A stretch of DNA of 63,169 nucleotides, the filler included, from Collodictyon triciliatum (lineage: Eukaryota): the NCBI GenBank assembly GCA_043381765.1. It is 7 parts of 7 records of this genome, joined end to end, with 100 filler letters (N's around TTAATTAATTAA, not from the genome) between each part and the next. Parts side by side here need not be neighbours in the genome. Positions count along the whole stretch, not along the records: positions 1 to 10,978 come from JBHJMP010002517.1; positions 11,079 to 22,053 come from JBHJMP010002518.1; 5 more parts are not named here. One strand, given 5' to 3'. The position numbers were made by a program, and so were the translations under genes. A model generated the notes under the pieces. It was not told where the DNA came from and made no database searches. It was given only the letters and a program-made list of their open reading frames with translations. Below are positions 1-17,000 of this stretch, piece by piece (within the stretch, counting starts at the first letter, position 1; every line of letters starts with the position of its first letter).

Positions 1-205
1 AATAAAATAATAAAATAATAAAATAATAAAATAATAAAATAATAAAATAATAAAATAATAAAATAATAAAATAATAAAATAATAAAATAATAAAATAATA
101 AAATAATAAAATAATAAAATAATAAAATAATAAAATAATAAAATAATAAAATAATAAAATAGTAAAATAATAAAATGATAAAATAATAAAATAATGAAAT
201 AATGA

Positions 206-269
<64 letters not shown>

Positions 270-270
270 G
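1..270. repeat. (AATAAAAT)n followed by (AAT)n microsatellite at window/contig start
   Basis: Directly visible tandem repeats. Confidence 0.95.
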
Positions 271-366
271 TAGAAAAAATGGTATATTCACCTTCGGCTT
301 CTTGGCCAGCTAGCTTTCTTCTTATATATAATATAAAAGTAGGAGACAGGTGAGAAATCCAGCAAA

Positions 367-3346
<2,980 letters not shown>

Positions 3347-3930
3347 ATGAAAGAGCCCATCCAGGCACCAAATAAAAGACACAACTTGAAGTCCAGTGAC
3401 TTTCTACCAATCTTCAATGTAGCTCAAAGCGCAGCAGAGAAGCGCAAAAGATTTAGTGTAATAATAATAAGAATGAACGTAAGGTGAGAATCACCAGCAA
3501 CACCTTACTTCGCTTGACATAGCCAATGGGACGAGTTTTTATTGTTTCTGTTGTCCATATCTAATTGAATATAAAAGAATACTCTTGGCAGAGAACAAAG
3601 TCCTGCAATGAGCCGCAAGACAGCCAAATAGTATAATAGCGCGATGCGGCAAACAGAACGCGTGAGCTTTTGGAGCGTTGATGCCTGTTATGTCATCATA
3701 AAGCAAATCGTCTCTTTCTATTCATCTGTCGGCCTATGCGCAAAGCAACCAAAATAGTTTTAATATACAAAGAATGGCTGAGTTAGCCAAGCCAACACAC
3801 AATACGGGAAAAAATGAAGAAAAGCAGCAACACTAATCTAACAGTGCCTGTTTCAACACTACGAGACAGGCTCAATCGCGAAAAGGAGCAAGGCTTTCCC
3901 AACCAAGACCTTCGCAATCAGCTGCCTTTC

Positions 3931-6900
3931 ATGGTTGGTTTTTTTTAAAAAAATAATAATAGCTCACTGACTCACTAATTATTTATATTATGAGCATTTA
4001 TATTCTTGTCGTGGGACACCCTTTGATTAGCGGCGGGATCGGAATAATTCTGTTTTACTTTGCAGGATCAAGTAGCTGAAAATGGGCTTGAAGAGGAGAT
4101 TGCAAAGAATCCCTTTTATCCTTTGCTTAAGGTTAGTCGTGACTGTCGTGCGTGCGAGCCGCTTTATTTTATAAGATTCATAAAAGCAGCGTAGATAATA
4201 TCCGCCTTTGCATGACATATTCAAGTGCCTAAAGTATAAGTGCCTTTTATATTCCGCTCCACTTTTCCAAACATAATGCATAGCACTTATTATTTACTTA
4301 CTTATTTACTACTTCTATACACAAACGCAATAGAGCGAATACCTTTTTGTTTTTGAAAGAACGGGTACCAATCGATTCACCGTTCTTCTTCCACCGAAGG
4401 CATCTTTGGAGGAGCATCCTGGATTGAGCTCTTTGCTAGGTCTATTTGCACTAGACGATATATTTGTTGATTTCCATACAGAAACGATAACAGCATAGCA
4501 GGCGCATGCGATGATCAGAAGTGAAGCAAAAAGAAAAAAGAAAAAGAAGGAACATTAACAGCACTTTTATAGAATCGCACATTATTCGCTCCGAGCAAAT
4601 TAATGGACGATATTCAACAGTGAGCGGGAAGTGGGTTACCATCAGTGAAAACAAAGTGACAACAAACGATGGTATACTATTCTGAAAATCATCACACAAT
4701 CATTAAAACATCCCAGTGATATATTAAAATATCATTTTCATATTTTCCAGCTAAAAAAAAACTATTTACTTAGGGTTTGATGTGGATCATTCGGTGCAAA
4801 TTACAGGAGAACATATAATCGTCAATAGCAAGAAAAAGTTTATTTTTTTCCCAAAAAAAATAAAGAAAAGAACTGAAACCTCACACAATCAATAATATGA
4901 TAAAATAAAATTACTTTAAAGGTTACTGCCAAGTTCAATTTTTTTTTATTAATATTAATATTGTAGATCTGTTCGCATCCTTCTTGTTTCAGAACCCTTG
5001 ATTCCTGAAGAAACAAAGGTAAAACTAGACGAATGTTCCACCATTCATCATATAAAGCTTAAAATTTATGAAATCGTGAATGTATTCCCTTCTCTAGAGA
5101 AAAATATCCTTCAATTCACCAAAGGCGTCAATTTTTTCAATACTTCCAAAGAGGCCAACGATGCAAAAGTATGCATGCACCCTCTCAATTTATCAAGATA
5201 ATAACATATACATGCATAATCTTGCAATTTCTGAGAGATGACAGAAACTTTTTTTTTTTTTTTACAGCTAATAATACCAAATGCAACTGTTTAGCTATGT
5301 TGATTTCTTGTGCTCATTTCCTGAGAATGCGCCCGTCATACAAAAGATGGATGATTATATCCGAGACTTTAACGAACATTACATCATGATTCCTGGGTGT
5401 GAAAGCCAAGTGTGGAAGAGAATAAAATCTATTTGGATGGATATAATTGAGGTTCGGCTAAAAAATCCTTTTTTTTTTTAAAAAAAAATAATAAATTATT
5501 AAAACTGCAATCGTGGGCAATATTGTTCGCTATGCATTCTTTTCCAACTAGTCTTTTCCTTTGTTAGAGTCTTTTCTATGTCAATGCCTCTTTCTACAGT
5601 TGTCGAAATAATGTTCAATGTGTAAATGAGCTTCATTTAGCTGTGGAAAGGTTTTTTTTTCTTCACAACAAATGTATCTATGAATCTAATTTTTGTAATT
5701 TTCTTTCAGCGGGTACAAATTGAAGTTAAAAAATCCTTCTTTTTTAAAAAAAAGTTACATACTTAATGGAGTCTACGATGTTGTTTATACTGGTTTGTGT
5801 GATATCCATAAGAAAGAGGACATTTTGCTTATGGAGAAAATCAATGAATTCAAGGATATTACTGCCACAGATTTGAGTGAGTGTATATCATTTGTCCCAT
5901 AATATTGATATTATATATTTTATGATATTTTCACGGTTAAATCCATGATATTAGATATACCAGCTGAGTTTTCATGTGACTTCGAACCTGTTAATGATGA
6001 GTTCAAGAAAATATATTCATCAGTATGAATTATCCATGGTGATAACTCCGAAAAAAATTTATTTATCCTTCCGCATATTTCAGGATTTTAATGTCAATAT
6101 TTACTTTAACTTTATTGTGAATATGTTTAGAGAACTCCAATAGACAAGTTAAGATGTCTTCAATCAACTATCAAACTACTCACTGTACAAATCGAGGAAC
6201 ACATAGAAAGGTCTCATATGACAGGAAGTAATATGTCATTTTTAATTCAAATCGTGAGATTTGCTTCTTTTACCTCCTCTATGTAATAACTCGCTCTTTT
6301 TTTAATTTATAAAAATAAAAATTAATCATAATCATCTAGACGGGCCTATTCCTTTTACCACGGATGACCTTCTCTGTTGCATGGTTTATGTGATTATCAA
6401 ATCAACGCCAGATCACATACACGCCGATTTTGCTTACATGCAAAACTTTCGTTTTTCAAGCGTTTCGATGAGCGAGCTGGGGTATCTATATGTAGTCACA
6501 AAAATTTCATATTTTCAAAATTACATACCACAATATTTAAACAGTAAATTATATGGAATCCTTATCTCTATTAGATTCAATCTTGTTACTCTGCAAGCTG
6601 CTGTTGCTTTCATCACGCAGGAACTAAGTGTTCAATCAACAGGTTAACCAGAACAATAATCCAAAAAAATTGAATGACAATCATAATTAAATACACTATT
6701 TATGCGCTATATTCACTGATGTCATATCTGGTCATCGCTACGTGTATTCTCATTCTTTTTCAATTGAGCCAATCAGCAAGACTTCGTTCTTCCTCTTTCT
6801 TCTTCTTTTTTTCTCATACACTTTCATAATGACGGTGAATTTGTAGATTATTCTACCCATGCCTTTGCACCGCATGAAACACAAAGAGAAAGCGTCACCT

Positions 6901-7316
6901 TTCTACAACCACCAGGAAGTCCTCCTGTGGATGTAAATGAAGAGGATACTTCGCAGACACCGCCGCATCCTGACACAAACATCCAATCAGAAACAGAATC
7001 CACTGCCGTACAGGACAATCCAAATGCATCTGCAGGTCTTTCATCCGCGAGTACAATCCTCGGGGATTCATCAGCGTCAGCAAGTGTACACGACGAATCC
7101 TCTCCGCTACCAACTTCGTTCCACACGCCAACGGCAACTCCCGTGACTGCACAAACTCCAATATCATCAGGCTCTCCCAGCCACATACATTCGCAATCGT
7201 CATCTCCTTTTATGCACTCGGCTATATCCCAAGGCTTTGCGCCTGCAAGGACAGCAAATACTAGCGTTCTGTCTACAACGCACGCCCCTGACCACTCCTC
7301 TGATGACTGCGCCTAA
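3931..7316 (+). CDS. VPS9-domain Rab GEF, VARP/ANKRD27-like, with Ser/Pro/Thr-rich tail; multi-exon
   Basis: Spliced peptides EEEIAKNPFYPLLK, TVLLPPKASL and LESHII resemble the VARP N-terminus. The VPS9 core reads TPIDKLRCLQSTIKLL..TTDDLLCCMVYVIIKS..AYMQNFRFSSVSMSELGFNLVTLQAAVAFI. The start (a lone ATG exon at 3931) is inferred. Confidence 0.8.
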
Positions 7317-7665
7317 CATGTTTGCCCAGGAACATAGTTTTCTCTTTGGTGAACCTTTTCAAAGCAAAGTTCGTAATTGTTTTCGGGATGTTTGTGTGTC
7401 TGTCTCATCGAATGAAGGAATAGAAAACTGGTTGCAAAGTTATGCCCGCTTGACACAAAATTACAATTTTGACCAAAATCTTGGTCGCTATACCCCTTTT
7501 GGTAAACAATATATGGCCGACTTATTAGAGCCTTGTTGCACTATTCGTTTCATTTTCATGTATTTTCTTCTCCTTTTTTTCTCTTTTTAACAAGTGAGAC
7601 ATAATTGATGCGATTTGCGGGGATAAAGGATGTGGCTGGTTTTGAGCAGGAATGATACTTTGCTG

Positions 7666-10600
7666 TTAGGTCGCAGAGGGGTCAAATGCAAAAAAGAAAC
7701 GTCTCTTGTCGTTCACTAGAAGCGAATTCCCCAAAGGATTCCAACAGAGACTTTCGACGCTGAATGAATCTACAAGTTTTAAGTTAAGACGTAAAATAAT
7801 AGAAATTAAAAAGAACAGAGTGTCAATTGAATGATGGACGAAAGACCCCAGCTCATGAAACATATTTCATTTTTTTTTCTGGCTACTCTGATGATTACTC
7901 CTGATAGTTTATGCACAAAGGTTGTATGTCACGTATATATATACCTGCTGGTATTGGTATTATGGAGCATGTTTCTGGTGTCCAAATATAAATCTGGTCA
8001 TTTGTCGTTGACACGCACAGGCGATGGTCGGTCTGATGGATAAATAATAAAGAGAATTTATTTATTCCTTCTTCCAACACACGTGGATGTATTCTTTGAG
8101 AGTCAAATCAGATACTATGAAATGTGTTTATTTCAACCTGAGACCACAATGCCACGCTAACCGATTTTTTAAACACCAGGACAGAGTAAAGTGTCAAACA
8201 TGACATATCCCATACCCAAACTGTACTTGGCATATTTTCTGAATATGTAGAGCGACGAATGTGAGATTAGTTTAGTCGTAGTGTTGAAGACGGATTGCAT
8301 ACGCCAGATATAAGAATTATTTAGATGTAATTAAATTATGTCCATATGGGTGAGTACAAATTAAGCACAAAATCAAGAAGACGCGTGTACCATTCTTTGT
8401 CAAAAGATATCGACTATCGTGGCTCCATGAAACCTGAATAACTCCGTATGAATTCTCCACAGACCTCGGATTTATTTTTGTCGTTGGAATTCTGGTAAAA
8501 AATTGTGAAGGTTAAAAAATCAAATACTTTAGACATTTTAAGGAATGGAAGAGAGAAACAGACAAATAAATATGTGACAGATTACGTGATGTTGCCTGAA
8601 ACAGTACTAACTGTATGTAAGAGTTGAATAGTTATTAGAAATGTGTATAACTAAATAAAATTCTTGTCTACAATTTAATTTTAGGAATTGAATTAGGGAA
8701 CGAATCAGGAGTTTGTTTACATTTGGTTCTATTTTGAAGACTAGTAACAGACTGTGAAAAATCCATAGGAATATCTTCCTCTCGATATACTCTCTTTCAA
8801 AATAACAAAGTATGAATTGTGATTATGGGAAAAGCTCCGATAAATAAGTGTTAAATTCCTCAAACGATAATCTGATTACTATCTGATTTCCAGGTAAGAA
8901 ACTACGATGCTCTCCTTCAAAAATGATATCTCCATTCAGACCATTGAGGACTCGAACCTGGCCGCAATATGGGTTCGTTTAATGTTCGAATGATATTAAG
9001 TTTGAATTGAATATGCAAGTGAAGAAACTTAAATCACATTTAGTCATGAAAAAATAATAATTTAGACGCCAGTTGTGAGACTAGATCTTGGTAATTTACC
9101 TTTTGGTCGAAACTTCCAATTGCAATTAACCTTAAGGTGGGCGAAGGTGCCATCGATTTGATACCCAAGATTTTTTCCATGGGGGAAAATTTAGCATGAA
9201 GCTTACCATCAATCGTGTATAAACATAGCTTAAACTATAATATAATTTTATTATTTCATCTTGTTTAATTGTTTTATCACAAACATATTCAGTGTTTATT
9301 TATTTTTTTGGCTTTTTAGTGGCTACTGATTCCGCCAATTAAGTACATACACAACCATACCATAAATGTATCTTCAAAAGATTCGCCAAAATGCGAACAA
9401 TTGTAATATGATAGCAATAATTATATAAAAGAGAAAAACCTCCAGGTGGGTATCTCGGATACATATGAATTCATCATTCGCTGACCAGCAGAGATCCTCC
9501 AAATCAAATGTGTCCACATAAAATTGCTACATTTTCATATATGAAATTGAAAAGAAAAAAAAAGAAGGAAAGATTGAAAGAAAGAAGGAAATTTCGGAGG
9601 ACAAGAATGAAAAAAATGCTATTTTCATACATATTTCATCGATATACTAGCGATTATACTGCGTATATATCTGTTAATGGAAAGAAAATGACTACCGAAG
9701 TTATTTTCCACTCATGAGTAGAAAATATAATAATATAGTCTTTCATTTCCCTTCGGAAAGATACAGCAAAGAACAATCCATTTTTACTGAAGGCATATCC
9801 TTGAATATATATATGCGAATTAGAATTTCGGGGGGTTTTTTTTTTAGTTGTTAGTCTTTCTATTCTAACAGGAGCCAAGGTTTAAAGAAAATCCCACCTT
9901 TGTCAGTGAATTTAGGACATGGAATATACCGGATTTCTTTTGAAGTGAGTGACCATATGGTAATTCGCAGCTAAAAGGTGGAATGTAAGAAAATGACTCG
10001 AGGGATATTGATCGAAGAAGAGGGTGGGTATAATTTGTCCACGTGTCAAATAAATGCAGTGAATTCGAATGTTATACACAATTATTACGCGTTTTTGGAT
10101 CAAATAAAAGGCTGATATATTATGGCCTGATAGAAACCTGGTGTTCAGCGAACGTTAATATAAAGTTCCCATCCGGACTCCATCTAGCTGCAGCCAACCC
10201 AAATGGTCCCTCGTTTATTGTGCAGGCCCATTTTGAGCTTGATATAGACCATGCCTATGAGAGATGAATGATTATCAAAGAAATAAACAAATAAACAAAA
10301 CAAAACAAAACAAAACAAAACAAAACAAAACAAAACAAAACAAAACAAAACAAAACAAAACAAAACAAAGTAAGAAAGGAGCAAAGAAGCAAATTTAATA
10401 AGTAGCAAAGTAACATAAAGTACTCGGATGAGAAAGGAGAGCAAACCTGGACTATTCCCTTGTTGTAGTTTGCGCAGAGGACAGAGTCTCCAGAGTGGTC
10501 CCATTCCACATACGCGGGTGTCTCGAGCGGAGCCCAGTTTGCCTCCACAACAAAATCCGGCACAGAGCGGACAATCAAACGCCCGGTGAGAAACGAGACT

Positions 10601-10671
10601 ACACGTCGGCCTGTAGGACTGAGGCGAAGAAGTGCTGCGTTACTGTGCCGGTACAACTCCGTCAGTTCCAT
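7666..10671 (-). CDS. WRAP73: WD-repeat protein WRAP73/WDR8 (centriole/basal body), multi-exon
   Basis: MELTELYRHS..LSPTG..VEWDHSGDSVLCANYNKGIVQAWS..WACTINEGPFGLAAARWSPDG..EHQLRITIWSL..PKFTDKGYAFSKNG..KDYIIIFS; final exon SLCWNPLGNSLLV..-TAA. Confidence 0.88.
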
Positions 10672-10796
10672 CCTTCTCTATGATTCTCGGCGGTTCGGTC
10701 TTTCCCTGCTCTGATTGTGGCCCCTATGCCAAGTCAGCTCCTTATTCTCTTTCTTCTATCCCCTGGTATCGAGCCAGCCCGAAGGGTCGTCTCGTC

Positions 10797-10834
<38 letters not shown>

Positions 10835-10978
10835 GTAGTAGGCGTGTAAGGAGAGAGAGAGAGAGAGAAGGAGAGAAGAAGAGAAGGAGAGAAGGAGAGA
10901 AGGAGAGAAGGAGAGAAGGAGAGAAGGAGAGAAGGAGAGAAGGAGAGAAGGAGAGAAGGAGAGAAGGAGAGAAGGAGA

Positions 10979-11078
10979 NNNNNNNNNNNNNNNNNNNNNN
11001 NNNNNNNNNNNNNNNNNNNNNNTTAATTAATTAANNNNNNNNNNNNNNNNNNNNNNNNNNNNNNNNNNNNNNNNNNNN
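10979..11078. other. Artificial contig spacer (44 N + TTAATTAATTAA + 44 N)
   Basis: Identical 100-nt linker with six-frame stop core, repeated six times in the window. Confidence 0.98.
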
Positions 11079-11304
11079 ACAAAAAACAAAAAACAAAAAA
11101 CAAAAAACAAAAAACAAAAAACAAAAAACAAAAAACAAAAAACAAAAAACAAAAAACAAAAAACAAAAAACAAAAGCCAAAAAACACTTTTTTTCTACAC
11201 TCCCGCATTTATAATTATATCCTTGTCGATTCGCTATGATGAAAGTAGAGTACAAAATCTCACTATTGTCTTAATAATAAGTGCCACCTTACTATTTAAA
11301 ATAG

Positions 11305-11851
11305 CACAAATATCGTACTACTTTTACTCTTACTTGAAGGTGACAAAAAACATCGGGGACCTGGTACTGATATGGATTCATATATTATTGATGAATTCTT
11401 ACACCAAACCTTTGTTTGTACTCACACAATAATAAAACCTATTCTATTAAATTTCAAAGGTCCATTATTCAGTCCCTACTGGCAACTTTGGCGATGTTCT
11501 AGCGGGCTATTACGCGAAGAGGTCAAACTGATTTATTGATTTATCCCGCACGTATTTCTTCCTCCATTCTACCACAACCAGTTCTCACGTCATATCAATA
11601 TCTCGACACATTTGTTCTTGCACGTACTTTTATTTCCTAGCATCAAGTTTCGTGATTATATTTCTCTCCGCGTTGCCATATGTGGTTTCTTTCTGATTAG
11701 TAATTATATCTAAATAGAATTGGACTTCCAGTTGGTAAACTAATTGTGGCTACAAATGATAATGGTATCATTTTGAGTATCTTTACTCGCCAGTATGATT
11801 TGCATACCAATACTACTCACTCTTTCCGTGTGGACAATCATAATGCAATTA

Positions 11852-11883
<32 letters not shown>

Positions 11884-12329
11884 TTTCGTTGCACCACCAG
11901 ATATCTTGGACAGACTTTTCAAGGAGGGCGACTACTCAAAGAAGCAGGTCACTGCAACATCATCTCCCAGCATGGATATCCAAGTAACTCGGCCAATTAT
12001 GCCATATTCACAGCTACTTTTTTTAGTCTAATTATAAAATTAGAAATGTGTAATCTTTTTCATTTACAAGATGACTGAGACAACTCACCTACATACTAAG
12101 TCGATTTTTGATAAGTGCCAATAATTTCCAAAATATTTAAAACCAAGATATCATCAAATCTCGAGCGTTACCTTTACTACACAGCAGCTTTCCTTTACGG
12201 TGAGGTACTGCGGTGTGTCCTTTTCTATTCATCACTTATTTATTTATATTTTCTCCTTGAAACTTAGAATGATTTCTTCTTATTTTATGCCATGTACAAG
12301 TATTCCCCCAACATGTGCGTCTTTGCTGA

Positions 12330-12428
<99 letters not shown>

Positions 12429-13571
12429 AATGCAATTATGAAACACAGGAAAACGCGGCCACCAAAGTCCTCAGCTGGATGAATTTATTCAATAAAGCTG
12501 GCTCTCTTCAATTCGATAAAGAATGGATAGATTTAGCGAGGAAAGATATGTAAGTTTCACTTCCAAAAATAAACCTAAATAAAAGGAATAGGAAGAAAAA
12601 AAAGCCTTCTATATTACTCTAAGCTTCGAACGATATGATGCCATTATTACTTAATTTCCACCAGCAAAATACATCGAATGATAAATACGATTATATCTAA
12701 AAAACAAAAAACAAAAAACAAAAAACAAAAAACAAAAAACAAAAAACAAAAAACAAAAAAAACAGGAATTCTCACCGGGTGGTCCAAAATGATGTTAAGC
12801 GTATCATGCGTTTGGCGTTTGAAACTAATAATGTACCATTTCTCATACCGTCTTTATTTTGAATCATCTTCTCAACACGCCTAAATATGCTATCTGCCAC
12901 CATCTTCCTATTTTATTTTTTTATTTTTTTTTATAAAAAATTGATTCATAACATGGCAAATGTAGTATATCCTGGACCCACATAGCGCTATCGGTGTTGG
13001 CGCGGCGCTAGAAGTCGTCGATGAGACAATCAATGTAAGCAGAACGAGACAAAACATCATTCCTCAACCAAACGCAATTACTTTATACACAGCCACATCA
13101 ATTTATCTGGCATAGAAGAATACTTTGTATTTCATAATTATTTTATTTATTATTTTTTAGCTACAAAAAGTGATTTAGTGAATAAATTACAACCATATTA
13201 GTTTACATGTAATCACCCTTAGGAGCAACCGGTCATTTGTCTGGCTACAGCCCACGCCGCAAAGTTCAATGAAGCTGTCGTCGATGCCATTGAAAGAACG
13301 CCGGATGTGCCGAGTCATTGCGAGGGACTTCTGACCCGTGAAACAAGGTTAGATAAGTGTAAATAAAAATCAAGGAAAATGCAGCAATACGATCGCCAAA
13401 TAATTTGAGAATGAAAGCATGTCTCATTGCGGCCCTCAACTCTTTGTATACATGCATGTAAATCTTTCTTACTTCACATCATTCGTAATTATTCTTCCAA
13501 TCAGGTCTCGCAAATCTATCGCCACGGCAGAATCCATCAAACAAATCATACAAGATAAGTTGGGTTCTTAA
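11305..13571 (+). CDS. thrC: Threonine synthase (fungal/bacterial type), 5'-truncated by contig end, multi-exon
   Basis: AQISYYFYSY, YSVPTGNFGDVLAGYYAK, GLPVGKLIVATNDNDILDRLF, TSSPSMDIQISSNLERYL, YILDPHSAIG, ICLATAHAAKF, ending KLGS-TAA. Confidence 0.92.
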
Positions 13572-14099
13572 TACAAATATAAACCTTTTTGATGAAGAGA
13601 TGAAAGAGTCCGATTGGATGGTTGCATTTTAATAAACATACTGCATCCCTTGGAAAGTGCATAAACTGATTGCACAATGACGCATAAATAATTAGCATAT
13701 ATCATATTCAAGTTCAATGTAGCATCGTAATTGTTTATTTTTCATGCGATGAGCTTTATCACCTGCTATCGAAGTTTGAGGCATTGTTTTCTTGGAAAAA
13801 AACATGATTATCAGAGAAGCACGCCATCGAAACAGAGTGCGAGAAAAGGTGCAAAGGAGGGAGTTAAAAATGAAGGTGAATATTAGAGAGGGATATTATA
13901 GAATAGACTCAGAGTCATAGCGGGAAGGAAGAGGTTGACCATGGATGAAGCTAAATCTTTCCCTTTTTTTCTTTCACATCAAGAAAAGAGGCACTCACAT
14001 AATCATTTTCTTATTGATACATGAATCTCATTTCTATTCCTTATCAAATTAGTTTTGGTGAAGATATAGTATCTGAGAAATAAATGGACAGCAAGGAGC

Positions 14100-17000
14100 T
14101 TAATCTGTGGGCTGGGTGCGATTGTGATGGTGATGGCCATCACGGCCGTGATGTGTGGGAGACGCGGCGTGGTGCGAAGAGTGCCCGGAGCGCGGGACGC
14201 ATTTTCTCCTTCGATGAGCAAGAAGAGACAGCGCAGATGCGGCGTCGAGCAGAAGCTCTTCCTCTTCCGGGATAAAATTGAGCAGGTAATGAATCGGGAT
14301 GGACGGCGTCGCGTGACGAGCTTGTGATTGTGATATTGGTTGTGATGCCGGATGCGGATGCGGTTGCGCTTGAATACTCTGCCCTTGGCCGGGGATTTGT
14401 GTTTGCGTCTGTGATTGCGGTTGTGATTGTGGTTGGGATGGCTTGGGGCTGTCACCGTGCGGATTGGACTGCACAGCCGATGCTGACGAGTTTGAAGAGT
14501 CTGAGTTTCTGGCAGGGTGGCGCGTGCCTGTCTCGTTTGGCGGGGACAAAGAACTCGGGCTGTCATCTGGAGAGAACGAAGGGTTCAGAATCGAGGATAT
14601 GATGGAGTTTCCGTTCTGCAGCGTGTGGTGCTTCACGCGGAATCCTGCATTGTGCGAGGAGGTTGTGTTTGATGTGGATGGTCTCTTGTGTGCAGGATAG
14701 CGCGGGTTCATGTGCTCGGCCGTATCGCTGGCACTGGAGTGTGCTTTGGGGATAGAAGGCGAGTGTGCCACAGATGAGAGCGACCGAGTGCCCTTCAGCC
14801 CTTGTGCAAGGAAAACCTTGGCCTCGGACTCCAAAGCCGTGTCATGCTCGGTTCCGAGCGTGTCTGCGTTTGTATTTGAGTGAGGGGTAGGATGTGAGTT
14901 TGAGTTTGAGTTTGAGTTTGAGTTTGAGTTTGTTTGTGTGTCGTCTCGGCTGGGCGGCGGCGTTTCCTTGGGATCCGAGTCCACCAAGCATGAATCACGG
15001 CTATTAGTTCCGCCGGCTGTTTCCACTTTTTGAGTCGCTGATGATGAAACTGCTGCTGCTGCTGTTTGTTGTTCGCGTCGGTGCTCATCAGACTTTGACG
15101 CACGCAGAGTTTTCCCAGGACATGACTCGGCCAAGTCGGACTTTTGTGAGGGAAGCTTTGCCCCTGATGTGCTACTTTGTCCATTGGAGGATGACAGGTC
15201 GCGGTCGGGCTCGGATTCTGTTGTCCGGTGCATGTGGGCACTTGAATCAGGGCTTCCATCCCCAAGTGAGTCTGGGAACTGATGGCCTTCGAATCCATCC
15301 AGAGCGCGTTTTCCTTTGATTGGGGCGATTGCTTGGGCCTGAGAAGATAGAGATATAGAAGGGAAACTACTAGATTGGTTCTGCTGCTTGACTCGGGACG
15401 ACGCGGAGGAAATAGATGGAGAGGATGACGAGGAGATAAGTGCAGATATGGCTCCATCAGCCTCCGATGATTGGATTGGGTGGTGATGATGATGGGTATG
15501 GTGATGACGTCGCACGTGCGCTTTATCAGGTGGGGCTGAAAATGTATCTGGGTTTCCTGAGGACGAATTGCAAATGGATTCGAGGGGATGTTCTATGGAA
15601 TCGGCGTGTGACAACATACTACTGCCTGGAGTGTTCCTGTCCCAGTGACCAACAGTGAATTTGGCATCTCTCCCGGGTTTATTGGACGCTAAGGCTGATG
15701 CTTCTCTTGTGGATTGAGAAGGGCTTTGTTTGTTGAGGGATACAGTGCTGCTTGATTCCCTCGCATGTGGGGGTTCATCCTCCATCTCGTGGTTTGAGTA
15801 TTCCGCCTCGCTGACAGACTCATCCTCCTCTTCCATATTAGATGCATTGCTTGACTCCCTTTCAGAATCATGCACACCTCTTTTGGGTCGGCTTGGGTCA
15901 TTTTTAAGATCAGTCTCCATGTTTGGCCTCTTTTCATGATTCGAATCGTCCCCTTTACTTCCACTTTCGCTTCCGTTGCGACGAATATGGTCCGTTATAT
16001 GAACGATTCTCGATGCTCGATTGCTTGTAATAGAAATGGCTTCTTGAAGGATGGATTCCTTTGGATCTGTTCTTGCTTTTTTGCTTCGGTTAGTTATTGG
16101 TGACGAGGTCTCTGCAGGTTTCCCATTTCCAACGAAAGCTGTACATTCTTGAAAGAAACGCATATAATCAATACCATGAGGATAAATATTTTCTTTTTTA
16201 GTAATGAAGTGCTTACATTTTTGATGATGCAACATGGCTCAATATAAAGATAATTATAAATAGGTTGTCTTTCAGGTAAACAAATAAACAAATAAATACA
16301 AAATTGAAACCTGGTAAAATCTCAGGTTTCATTAGAAACCCAAATTTATAGACACCTTCGAGTAGACGTTCTTCAAACTGGCGATACTTGATTGCAAATT
16401 GCCGCAGACTTTCTGGCATATACTTCTTTATCACAATCTTCAGCTGATACCAACCTGCGTCCCAGCACTTTTTTGAATAAAACAAAAGCATTTAATAGAA
16501 AAACGGATATATTTTTATTTTTACAGAAAATCATTGAAAAATGAATGAGTATTTTGATAGGAGTTTGTAGATCGTACATGTAGGTGATAAGATGACTGAT
16601 TTCGGTGGAGCTCGGCTCTAAATACCATCGAGTCTCGCACAAGATTACGACCGAGCTCTAATATCTCGGTTGCATCAGGAGATAGTTGAGATTTCTAAGC
16701 AATAATTTGTTAATAAATCAAAATTCTACGCTTGGGGAATTGTAAAAAGAATTTATATTAAAACATGACCTGCTAATTTGAATGCATGTTATTTTATTTC
16801 AAAAAATTACGAATGAAGGGGAATTAATTTTTGAAAGATTGATAATTACATACGTTTAAATAGTTGAATGTATATCTGTCAAGAAGAAGGCTATAGGGCA
16901 GCGGAGATGAACCGGATGCAGTCTTCTTGTGGGCTTCAAGAGCAATCTTTGCCGTATCTGTGAGATGAGAGACATCCAAGGAACCATCTTGAGTTATGGA

